64,000 nucleotides of DNA. Origin: Trichoplax adhaerens. Its lineage: Eukaryota; Animalia; Placozoa. The stretch is from contig NW_002060946.1 of NCBI RefSeq assembly GCF_000150275.1, positions 7,359,855 through 7,423,854 of the forward strand. The letters are read 5' to 3'. Both the position numbers and the translations under genes were made by a program. The notes beneath the pieces were generated by a model. It made no database searches and was not told the origin of the DNA. It saw nothing but the letters and a program-made list of their open reading frames with translations. Below, piece by piece: positions 41,042-53,095 of the stretch (position 1 is the stretch's first letter; each line of letters starts with the position of its first letter).

Positions 41042-42854
41042 ATGAATATCAAATTACTTTTGATCGCTTCGTTGCTTTGTTTGGCAGTAGCCGTCAAAGC
41101 TGATGAAGTTCCTGCCGAAGTTGAACAATTTACTGATGAATTAAAAGAAGACATTCCTGATGAAGATGAATCTGCGTTAAAAGAAGCAGATGAAGAAGAT
41201 GAAGAATCCGCCTTGCAAGATAGAGAAGATTCAGATGAAGATGTTATAGAGGAACAAGACAATGCTGGAGTTCAGGTATTACGTCTTCCTGGGGGTTATA
41301 TCAACTAACGTTTTAAAGTTAACTTGTGGCAGTTATAAAAGGTCCAAACAATCTTAGTGTAGCATTTATCACCCTACAGTATCATGATAGTAACAACTTA
41401 CAAATAGGCGAGAAAAACAATATTTAAAAGGCGATACAAAAACAGAATAAGAGATAGTGCTAATTTTCGAGTTTACACAAGCAAATGAAATATTTACTGT
41501 AAGTAGGTGATGGCTAAATAAAAATAAATTTAGATTCAAGGGAAGTTGAATAGGTTTATGTGAGTGATAATCGAGCATAAATTGGAGAGTGTACTCGTTT
41601 TGTTCTAGAGGATCAGCGGAAATCGCAATTTTTCATCAGTACTTACGATACTTGCTATGGCATTCAATAATATCAACTATACTAATCGCTATTATACCCT
41701 ATTCTACACATCTAATCTATCTCCATACGCTCAACGACTCTGCTAGTAGATACTATTACAGTTATTGTTAATTCCTTTATTATACTATTAAAGTTTCAAA
41801 TTACAGAAAAGTTTTAACATGGTTTATTTATCGCATTTTAGAAGTCGTGGCGTCGTCGACGTTTTGGAAAGAAAGCCGACAAAGCACAAGTAATTAACTT
41901 CCAATGATCAGTAATTTACATTACTTGTACTAAATTTTTAAAATATATGGCAAGTGTACTTTTTGAATGCATAACACATTTTAACAAATTATGCTGTACG
42001 ACAATAAATTGCCCTACAGTTGTAATTAGCATGACATATTAATTACAATCTGTATCACTTTTACAAATTAGTCTTGTAGCCGTTTCGATAACCATTAGCT
42101 ATTAAACGAAAATTATACATTTACAAATTTTAGAAATGGTGGCGTCGTCGTCGTCGAAGATTTTACTATGGCAAAAACGGCGATAATATTAAGGCCCAGG
42201 TAAAAGATTAGTTTCTGCTGGAATGAGTAACATTACTTTATTTTCCAAGCGAAAACAAATATAAACCATTAGCAGTATATGACCTCGTGATTATAAATAT
42301 CGATTTTTATTAAGCTTAATTACTAGATATTTAAATTTGTTCAATCGCGCATATTGTAATAAAATTGCCACAATAACCATGTAAGATCGAGTTTACTTTT
42401 ATTAAATAAACAATTATGAGATTGCAAGTAAAAATTACTGAAATAGACTTCTTACGATTGTGTCTAATATATTGAATGCTTGAAAATAGAAATGGTGGCG
42501 CCGTCGTCGTCGATATCGGTATTATTATGGAAAAGATGGTGATAAAGCACAGGTAATATTAGCTATAATTATAATTTTACCTTTATGTAAAAGGAAAACT
42601 TAGATTCTGGTAAAGAGTCTTAAAATTTAGTTTATTGGTTTATAGTATAAATCTAAACATCAGTCTATCTTAACGTTAGACTTTAAGTTATATTTTTACC
42701 CCAGTATATTGTAATTTATTTACCGGAGTTCCGGAAATTCTTAGATTTGTAACATTAAAATAAGCGATGTACTCTAATGTTAATTAAAATTGATATATTT
42801 CAGAAATGGTGGCGTCGCCATCGAAGACGTTATGGGAAGAAAGCCGAAAACTAG
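41042..42854 (+). CDS. Secreted acidic-propiece / Trp-poly-Arg prepropeptide, gene B1; exons 41042-41275, 41842-41889, 42134-42199, 42490-42552, 42804-42854; 153 aa
   Basis: Signal MNIKLLLIASLLCLAVAVKA and a 58-aa acidic propiece, then KSWRRRRFGKKADKAQ / KWWRRRRRRFYYGKNGDNIKAQ / KWWRRRRRYRYYYGKDGDKAQ / KWWRRHRRRYGKKAEN*. All introns are GT-AG and phase 0. Confidence 0.9.
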
Positions 42855-44664
42855 ATTATGGAAGAGCATGTACTGTATTTACTATACCTACAATAGATTT
42901 TAGTATCAAAGTTACTTTCTCACTTGTTTATGATAGCAGTCATATAGTACTTATGTCCTCAATCACAAGTTGTTCGACTATAAAAAATCAGAAGATTAAA
43001 TTTTAGCAAATTGTTTATCCTAGTAAGTCCGCGAAATCTAATATTCTCTTTATCGCTCATTGCATTTATTTATAGGGATACATTTTGAGAACAAAAAACC
43101 ATTACGTCTAATTTGGCATAAAATATTTGCAAATATTTTTTAAACTGTCAGAATGACTGCCCTGTTAAAGTTTTAAAAGAATAAGTAGTTAATTCGACGT
43201 TAGAATCATTCAGTTAGTAAGTTAGGTATTAGATTTAACGTGATTTATATAGCAATAGCACATTCTTTAAGGCATTGTATCTGTGATTTACATAAATATG
43301 GTATCCTTGCTGCCGAATAAAGATTACAGGATTTTTCGAGATTGAAAATGTCTATGATATTTTTGAAGAATAAACGTGATCACATTGTTAATGTCAATAA
43401 AGCGCATTAAGAAGAGTTAGTAAAACAGATTTTGTGACAAGGCACATAGTTTACAATTAGTAGGAAAAAGAACAATAAATGTGAAATAAAACCTTCATGA
43501 TGCTATTCAGTAGTAGATTTTAATCTACTTCAAGTCGTTTTAGAATAATTAATAACCATTTCTGTGCCTTGATAACACGAATCCTTATAATTATTAGTAT
43601 TTTTATGCTTAATATTGTTACGATATAAGTTCTGGGAAATAAAAGTCTGATCGGTTGTAGGTGCTCCGACAATTATCACTGATAGCTCTTCGCTATAACG
43701 TAACGTATGAATTTGGGTGCAATATTAAAAGGTATAATCGTTTTACTAAATCATAACAAACATGCATTTGAGTTACTTAAGAATTGACCATTCGGTTTTT
43801 CTTGCATTTGCAATATTTGCCGGCGAATGTTGTTTAGCTTAAAAAAATAATAATATTATGCTACTCCTGTTTCATTACATGCAATACATTTATACCATGG
43901 AACACTAAAGACCAGTTCTATATCAAAGTATACATACTAAAATCGATTGATAATCTTTCAATTAAGGATTGCTATATTGTTTCGGTAACTAAAGAACGCC
44001 TAGTTTGAAGCTAAGAATGAAGGTATCATTAACAGTACTGTAGTGCTGAATTGAATCACATTATGCAGAACAGTGGTGTATTACCAAAGTTTCATTGCAC
44101 AAAACTAGAATTACTCAAGCTCGTTAATATCTTATGAGACATCAGATATTATGACTAAAAAATAAAAGATTTTCAAGAAAGTAAGTGTTACGTCTACACT
44201 CCGGAATATTCCATACATTCGTAAAAATTTTCGTATGGCGATAGGATGACCTTCATTTAATGTGACTTATTCGTCAAGAGTGAATGAAAGAGTTAACGTT
44301 TACCGAAGGACATAATTTTCGTTACTAGAATTACAACGTAATATATGCTGTAACTTAATTTCTTTGTATGCTATTACTTTAAAGAAGAGCTATACAAAGT
44401 TCAAGTAAGGTTCAAGCAAGGTTTAAGTAGTAATGAATTGTATCTAGGCGTTATTTAGTTTTAAAAAATTCAACGTCATTCCTGCGGCGATTATGTGTAT
44501 TGTACAATAGCGTCGGATATGGGGTGATATTTTTTATTGTAATACACGTAGATCCTAAATTATTTAATGATGATTCAGGACTTGAAATCACAAAAGAGTT
44601 CATTGAGCTTACCGTTAACAACTGTCAACGTTCATCTGACAGCACTGAGAAAATAGATTTTTAC

Positions 44665-44714
44665 NNNNNNNNNNNNNNNNNNNNNNNNNNNNNNNNNNNN
44701 NNNNNNNNNNNNNN
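44665..44714. other. Assembly gap (50 N)
   Basis: Run of n; the round length suggests a placeholder. Confidence 0.99.
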
Positions 44715-45920
44715 TGATTAGTATAGAGTTTTCCTAATCGTTATATTTTGCATGTTAATTGTACTTTGGACAATAAAATACTATGTCTATCTGAAGAGGT
44801 TAAGAGACTGATTCGTTTTTATGATCACTTCGTGATTAATTAAGAAATTGTTTCAAAAATATTATTTCCGAGATAAATGAGTTTCAGTAGCAATTAAATA
44901 TCATACATTAATTTACTCTAACATTAATTGTGATTTTCGATATACTTCAAAAGAAACGAAATAATAGGCTTGCTTTTGTCTATTGATAAAGTTTACGAAC
45001 ATATGTTGTAGAATGTTTCTAAGTTTTGCCAGATCTTTCTAAGATAGTGTTGAAAAGAAATGACATGAAGGCAAGTAGTAAATATCGTACTTAAAGCAAT
45101 ATCTTTAAACTTAATTTAACATCTTCCAAGGAAAATTTCAATCGCCTAAAGAAATCATATCACTGAAATAACTATAGCTTTCGTCGTATCACTACTACAA
45201 TTGTGATACGGATAACTTTCTAAATATGAAAGTATAGCTAGCTCTAACTTGGTTGCTACTAAGTGTCTTCAGCCACTTTGACCTAATTAAACTACCTTAG
45301 TCAGTTAAGTACTTATGAAATGCTTCACTCTAGGTAAAAACCTTTAATAAATAAGCACTTTCACTACAGTTTCATCAATTGTACATATTTCTCCTTTCAG
45401 ATATTTAAGTATGAAGCTCTTTATACCTTTAGCAAGGTTAGCACGTACACAAGTGATATTCAAAACATATACAAATTATACATTCTCTATAGTAAATTAA
45501 TTCTAATATAGATTTATATGAGATTCATTCCTATTAATTCATTTTACTCGCTATTTAGTTGGACAATTAACCACTAGCCATACTTTCTTGCAATAATGTA
45601 CGAAAAAAATTAATTTAAAGATACCACCCCAAATTCCCATTGACAACACAATTTAAAACTAATCTCTATCACTACAACAGTTTCTGAAATTAACAATCGA
45701 ATCATATTTCCAAGAACAGTTTTGCGAGCGCAAATTACACTATTTTATTAATTAAAGAATATTCTAGTAAACATTTATGATTTTAATTTATCTTTATGTT
45801 ATCTATACTGTAGCTAGCTGTTAGTAGTGAAGAAAGTTGGCTAGCTTATTTATTCACTTCAGATATGGGTAGACCTTATTGACAGCGTGAAAATTCTAAT
45901 GCGATATAATAGTAACCTAT

Positions 45921-46991
45921 TGTCACAAAACAGCTTTGCAACAAGATAACGTAATGTACGATCAATAAGTCAATTCCTAGAACCACGTATCAAGGAATGA
46001 TATCTGCACTATCACAAACACTTTTGCTCTACTAGCAGACTACAGAAAGACTTAGACGCCTCGTATTTTACGTTAAAAAACTAAGTTTGAGAATCCACTT
46101 TATTACACGATATACTGCATTTATATACTATCCCTCAACAGTTCATAAGTCATAGTTAGTACGATTAACTTTGGAATTATTTACTGAATTAGATATTAAT
46201 TATAGCTACTGTTCCCTTAATGCAGACAACAATATTTACGAACATAGACATCTGGTGACTAATACAGAATAGTCAGATTACGATATGTCCTATCGCGGAA
46301 CATTTCCACGATAATTTACAATCTACCGTAAGTAAATTACAATCACAATGATTCGAACTGCAAGTAGATGATTTGCATTCCCTATTATAACTATTAATTT
46401 CAGTATGTGTATATGTGTCTCTGTCATTGTCACAAACCAGCTTCGTGACAAGGATAACGTAAAACAAATCTCTAAATTACTATAGTCTCCGGGATTCATT
46501 ATCCCTACTTACAAGAATTTAGACGCCTTTGATTCTACGTTAAAACAACTATACAATTGAGAACTGCTTTATTCAACTATCTGACGGGTTTATATACCCT
46601 TCTACAGCAGCTAACATTCACAAGTCATCTTATAAAAATACTTGGGTGAGAACATCTACTAACTAGTTTTTCACAGTCGGACTACAATATGTCCATTCAC
46701 AGAATCATTTCAGTACACATTACAGCACAGCAATAAATTTACTGTAACACATTTATAATTAGAGTAATTCCTATTGTAAGTAACTAGTTGTAATATAATA
46801 TCACTATATTATATTAACCTAATTTAGATAGCTATTTCTTCACGGTAGTTCGTACCGTGACAGTCATAAAAAGTCAATGCTATATTAAAGTACAGTATAT
46901 CCAAATTAGAAGCTAACTAAATAAAGATAGGCTAACAAACTTATCCTAACATAGATATTTCTACTCTAATACAGTATATAACACCGTCACA
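45921..46991 (-). mobile_element. Solo-LTR-like insertion, 1071 bp, internally dimeric, 5-bp TSD CCTAT
   Basis: Absent from copy 1 (taacctatac at about 38371-38380). Termini TGTCAC...GTCACA; CCTAT at 45916-45920 and 46992-46996. A second unit starts tgtcacaaaccagc at 46428. Minus-strand TATATAAA followed by AATAAA occurs in both units (46127-46099 and 46596-46568). Confidence 0.8.
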
Positions 46992-49663
46992 CCTATACTA
47001 ATAATCTATACTAATAGTTACAATAGTTTGTAACCATTAATAGTGTAGTGACATTGTTTAGTTTTCGGGCAAGTTTAGATTTTTTGTCCTATATCTATTA
47101 CTGGTACAATATATTGTAAGAAAAATTAGTTTTTAACTCATAATCATTTTGTAACTGATTGTTGTATAAGCTGTGAATTTTTTCCATAATAATTTTGATG
47201 ATATGATTATAATTATAGCTAGATATTCTTTATAGTAAACTGAACCTAACTTATATGATAAAGTGAAGTTTACGTACAAGAAACCTTAATTCTGTTTATT
47301 ATTTCGAAAACACTTTGTCACAAATATAACTTGTACCATATCGTAATTCCTTAATTTAAATAATAAGTTAAGAGTGACTGTAGACTTTCGTCATTTTATA
47401 TTTAATACGACTAGTTTATGACCAATTAAGACGTAGCTTATCTGGCTCTTACTCAAACTAAACAAAGTAGAAGAAAGAAAAACATTCATTAACTTTAGAT
47501 TTTTCCTTGGGGCTAGTAATTAATGATGTTTACTAAACTGTAGCACGAATGAATGAAGCTCGCAATCCTATAAAACTATTGTTAAGGTGTGACCTTTCAG
47601 CTCAAAAGATAATTTTGATGCAAATCAATGTATAAATCATTAACAATAAAATTTGTTTAGCAATCTCGGACGCCATTGAATTGATGAAAATAATAGGAAA
47701 CACAGCATGTATCAAACATTTATTCGAATATAATCAGGCTTCCTGCTTTAATTATAATTGCATATGATAATGTCTTAGATCTGTCGTCAAGCAATTAAAC
47801 TGTTCCCTGGAGTCATATTAATGACTTTGTTATAATAACGGAAGCTTGTTGTTAATTTTATTGGGTCATTGATGACTATTCAATTTTGTAAGTGTATTTT
47901 AATCAGACACTGTAGTTGATTATACCTGAATTTTTATGAATTATCATGCATTTAAAAGTCGATATGCAAAGCACTTTTTAATGATTGAGTATAATTGGCT
48001 AATATCAGTAACGGACCTAAACCGAACTATAATGTTTGAACGAGCATATTACGGTATATAGGAGTTTATCCGACTGATTTATAAGAATAGCTGCCGATAA
48101 CGTACGATTACTGTAGTACTAATTTAATGGGACGCCTGAAGATAATAGAGCTTTCCGTCTGAAATTTATAGTCCCTTTAAGGAATGAACCTAGTTACCGT
48201 ACTAAATAAGGAATACGGTAATTACATGTCAGTATGAAAAGACATAATTAGAAAAAGTTACCTGAAGATTACTTTTCAATTTTGAAATTTACTGCATATA
48301 AAACCATGCAAATATCAGACAGTCAAAAACAATTAGCTGCGTTTCTAGTAATTATTTTATAAAAATAGATGGTAAATTAGAGATAAAGAAGACATATAAA
48401 ATCAGTGCTTTAATAGCATAAAGTTTTAGGAATCTTTGAATTTATTCAAATTGCTGCTAAATGATAACAACAAAGGAACATTTGTTTTATTATCCCTTCA
48501 TTGTCCCCTTAAGGATTCACGTTTTGCAACTATAGAAGACCGAAACATTTTATTAATTTGTTAAATAATATCAAATTGTAATATCGGGATACTAAGGCTC
48601 GCCTATTTATTACACTAATGTACTTAAAGTGCTAACCATGATTACTAACATTATATTATTAATAAGCAGATCCACATATTTACTGCATATACTGACACAA
48701 AGTGATTGTATAGATCATTTATAAACACAGATCCTATATCAGCGGAGTTTGTTAGTGATTACAATAATACGTTTGTATAATGCAAAGTCTACAATATGCG
48801 AACTGCTTGCTAGTCGACCGATTCAACAAGTAGTTCACTAATTGTCATTGATATTTTTATTGCATTCATGACTTACGTTTTAATTTAATTGGGCATAATC
48901 TAGGCTATTGCGCGTGTAGTAAAACCATAGAATTTATGATTTATAGCTATCATCACGTTTCATTTAATATCTGAAGTATAAAAAGGTTTAATATGGACGT
49001 AAAGATTGCTGCCAGAAATATTACTCTACTCGTTTTTTCAGTTGATTGAATTATCAGTGGTGCTTTGATATGTAATGCTGCGGTTATTGTCAATGAATCA
49101 TTTATTGCAACTTAATGGATTAAATTGTTAGGGGCCATAACTGACGTCAGAGAAGTTCATACTGCCCGCGGATATTTGATTATTATTGATTTAGACAAAA
49201 CATAATTAGTAATGATCAAGGACTGCCCCGTTTTATTTCATTTCAACTGCCAAGTTTATTGATGTGCAACACCTTTATTCATCGAAGTTCTAATGAATAC
49301 TAAATGTCAGGTTCCATTGAGTTACAAAGAGTCCATTAAGGTTCTATTATAATCATAACATTGCCGGTATTTGGTTTTTCTCTCGCATTAGACCTTAGAA
49401 GCGCAGGTATATAAAGTTTAACCCACTTGATTCGCTGTTCGTATTTTCCTGCAGTGATTAAAAAGGACAAGGTAAATTTTAATAACAAGTGGCTATATTA
49501 GATAAATTAGTTATAATTTCCGTAATTTTTTCTACCATATTTAACCCCGAAATTTAAGTGAAGTAAACGATAATGCTTTAATTCTTGCCAATGTAGGTAG
49601 AACTTAGATCATGAGTAAATAATAATATCAAGAAAACTATTTCTGTACTGATTTAGGTTTTCG

Positions 49664-51430
49664 ATGATATCAAATTACTTTTGATCGCTTCGTTGCTTTG
49701 CTTGGCAGTAGCCGTCAAAGCTGATGAAATCCCTGCCGAAGTTGAACAATTTACTGATGAGTTAAAAGAAGATATTCCTGATGAAGATGAATCTGCGTTA
49801 AAAGAAGCAGATGAAGAAGATGAAGAATCCGCCTTGCAAGATAGAGAAGATTCAGATGAAGATGCTATAGAGGAACAAGACAATGCTGAAGTTCAGGTAT
49901 TACGTCTCCCTGGGGATTGTATCAATTAACGTTTTAAAGTTAACTTGTGGCAGTTATAAAAGGTCCAAACAATCTTAGTGTAGTATTTATCACCCTACAG
50001 TATCATGTTTACTGTAAGTAAGTGATGGCTTAATAAAAATAAATTTAGATTCAAGGGAAGTTGAATAGGTTTATGTGAGTGATAATCGAGCATTAATTGG
50101 AGTGTACTCTTTTTGTTAAAGAGGATCAGTGGAAATCGCAATTTTTCATCAGTACTTACGTTACTTTCTATCGCATTCAATAATATCAACTATGCTAATC
50201 GGCTACTACACTATTCTACACATCTAATCTATCTCCATACGCTCAACAACTCTGCTAGTAGATACTATTACAGTTAATGTTAATTCCTCTATTATACTAT
50301 TAAAGTTTCAAATTACAAAAAAGTTTTTAACATGGTTTATTTATCGCATTTTAGAAGTCGTGGCGTCGTCGACGTCGGAATTTTGGAAAGAACGGCGACA
50401 AAGCATAAGTAATTAACTTTCAATGATCAGTAATTTACATTGCTTGTACTGAATTTTTAAAATATATGGCAATTGTAATTTTTGAATGCATAACACAATT
50501 TAACAAATTGTGCTATACGACAATAAATTGCCCTACAGTTGTAATTAACATGACATAGTAATTACAATCTGCATCTTTTTTACAAATTAGTCTTGTAGCC
50601 GTTTCGATAACCATTAGCTATTAAACGAAAATTATAAATTTACAAATTTAGAAATGGTGGCGTCGTCAAAGATGGTACTATGGCAGAAACGGCGATAATA
50701 CTAAGGCCCAGGTAAAAGATTAGTTTCTGCTGGAATGAGTAACATTACTTTATTTTACAAGGGGTAAAATAGCTGTAAATCATTAGCAGTATATTTAAAT
50801 TTTTGGTGAATGTTTAAATCGCGCGCCTTTTTATTAGATAACACGTATAAGACCGTACGATTATAAATATCAATTTTTATCATGTTAAATTACTAGATAT
50901 TTAAATTTGTTCGATCGCGCACATTGTAATAAAATTGCCACAATAACCATATAAGATCGAGTTTACTTTTATTAAATAAACAATTATGAGATTGCAAGTA
51001 AAAATTATTGAAATAGATTTCTTATGACTGTATCTAATATATTGAATGCTTGAAAATAGAAATGGTGGCACCGTCGTCGCCGATATCGATATTATTATGG
51101 AAAAGATGGTGATAAAACACAGGTAATATTAGCTAAAATTATAATCTTGCCTTTATGTAAAAGGAAAACTTAGATTCTGGTAAAGAGTCTTAAAATTTAG
51201 TTTATTGGTTTATAGTATAAATCTAAACATCAGTCTATCTTAACGTTAGACTTCAATTTATATTTTTACCTCAGTATATTGCACTTTATTTACTAGAGTT
51301 CCGTAAATTCTTAGATTTATAACATTAAAGTAAGCGATGTACTCTAATGTTAATTAAAATTGATATATTTCAGAAATGATGGCGTCGCCGTCGAAGACGT
51401 TGGTACTATGGCAAGAATGCCGAAACTAGA
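49664..51430 (+). pseudogene. Prepropeptide pseudogene B2; exons 49664-49896, 50355-50408, 50652-50711, 51060-51122, 51374-about 51430
   Basis: A 1-nt deletion after the ATG (ATG ATA TCA AAT TAC TTT TGA), CAA>TAA at 50406-50408, TGG>TGA at 51377-51379, and a 1-nt deletion before the terminal TAG. Modules read KSWRRRRRNFGK, KWWRRQRWYYGR, KWWHRRRRYRYYYGK, K*WRRRRRRWYYGK. Confidence 0.88.
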
Positions 51431-52864
51431 TTATGGAAGAGCATGTGCTGTATTTACTATACCTACAATAGATTTTAGTATCAAAGTTACTTTCTCACTT
51501 GTTTATGATAGCAGTCATAGAGTACTTATGTCCTCAATCACAAGTTGTTCGTCTATAGAAAATCAGAAGATTAAATATTAGCAAATTGTTTATCCTACTA
51601 AATTCGCGAAATTTAATATTCTCTTTATCGCTAATTGTATTTATTCATAAGGATACCTCTTGAGTACAAAAAAGCGTTCTGTCGAATATGGTATAAAATA
51701 TTTGCGGTATTTTATATTCTGTCAGAATGACTGCCCTGTTAAAGTCTTAAACGAATAAGGAATTAATTCGACGTTAGAGTCATTCAGTTAGTAATTTAGG
51801 TATTAGATTTAACGTGATTTATTTAGCAATAGCATATTCTTCAAGGCATTGTATCTGTCTGTGATTTACATGAATATGGTATCCTTACTGCCGAATAAAG
51901 ATTGCGATTTTCGAAATTGAAAACGTCTATGATATTTTTGAAGAATAAACGTGATCACATCGTTAATGTCAATAAAGCGCATTGAGAAGAGTTAGTAAAA
52001 CAAAATTTTGTGATATGGCACATAGTTTACATTCAGTAGAAAAAGAACAATAAATGTAAAATAAAACCTTCATGATGCTATTCAGTAGTAGACTTTTATC
52101 GATTTCAAGTCGTTTTAAAACAATTAATAACCATTTCCGTGCTTTCATAACATGAATCAATGGAAGAGCTATGGATAACATCGTAGGCTTATTTGCTTTT
52201 TGAAATTTACCAGTAATTACTACGACTATACACTTCTTATCCTCCTACCTTTGTGTAGAATACATACGCGTTAATTTGAACGGGAACTTTGCTATTATCA
52301 ATAATTATTGATATTTTTATGCATAATATTGTTATGAGACATGTTGGGGCATGAAAGTCTAATCGGTTGTAGGTACTCCGACAATTATCACTGATAGCTC
52401 TTTACTATAACGTAACGTATGAACCTGGATGCAATATTAAAAGGTATAATCGTTTTACTAAATCATAACAAACATGCATTTGAGTTACTTAAGAATTGAC
52501 CATTAGGTTTTTCTTGCATTTGTAATATTTGCCGGCGAATGTTGTTTAGCTTAAAAAAATAATAATCTTATGCTGCTTCCGTTTCGTTACAAGCGATATA
52601 TTTACACCATGGAATACTAAAGACTATTTCTATATCAAAGTATACATACTAAAATCGAATGATAATCTTTCAATTAAGGATTTGCTATATTGTTTCGGTA
52701 GCTAAAGAATGCCTAGTTTGAAGCTAAGAATGAAGGTATCATTAACAGTACTGTAGTGCTGAATTAAATTTCATTCTGCAGAATAATGGTATTACCAAAG
52801 TTTCATTGCACAAAACTAGAATTACTCAAGCTCGTTAATATCTTATGAGACATCTGTTGAAATA

Positions 52865-53095
52865 ACTTGTTTACTCTCGATGCAAATAATGGGTCTTTAT
52901 ATCCTATATCGTAATTCAGAAAATTGCTTGATTTTCCCGTTTTCTTTATTATTTCCTATCTATAAATGACTTAATTAAAGGCTATAGAGTAGGTATACCT
53001 TGTTACTGTTAGTATTACATGAGAATTAATTAGTACACTAGTAAGTAAGGTAGTAATGTNTAAGCTATCATTTAGATTAACACCTTATTATTAAG
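52865..53095 (+). pseudogene. Orphan relic of a gene-C-type terminal exon / 3' UTR
   Basis: ctctcgatgcaaataatgggtcttt...gtaattcagaaaattgcttgattttccc...tattatttcctatctataaatgactt aligns with 60405-60640 downstream of gene C. Confidence 0.6.

Larger units (their letters stand above)
37178..44143 (+). repeat. Segmental tandem duplication, copy 1 (gene A 3' UTR, spacer, gene B1, spacer)
   Basis: Colinear and highly similar to 44715-52854; the part at about 38500-40950 also matches about 61230-64000. Confidence 0.95.
44715..52854 (+). repeat. Segmental tandem duplication, copy 2 (contains a 1071-bp insertion and pseudogene B2)
   Basis: Starts tgattagtatagagttttcc as at 37178 and ends cttatgagacatc as at 44143. 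Confidence 0.95.

Noticed and set aside
40993-41262. Ser-rich minus-strand ORFs (also 49653-49883 and 55706-56020)
   Set aside because: Antisense shadows of the GAA/GAT-rich acidic propiece exons.
41842-42854. Repeats of AAATGGTGGCGTCGTCG with spacers as a CRISPR-like array or protamine gene
   Set aside because: Eukaryotic context; units are bounded by AG/GT splice sites and preserve frame; a signal peptide argues against a nuclear protamine.
42806-43006. ORFs MVASPSK..., 51360-51581, 59580-59792 and 59950-60141
   Set aside because: Wrong-frame or antisense reads across peptide micro-exons and introns/UTR; the splice-defined frame gives the conserved KWW-Rn module.
44500-44721. Duplicated ORF MYNSVGY... 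(also 57372-57611)
   Set aside because: TTG start, lies in sequence derived from the C-type intron, and is conserved only because of recent duplication.
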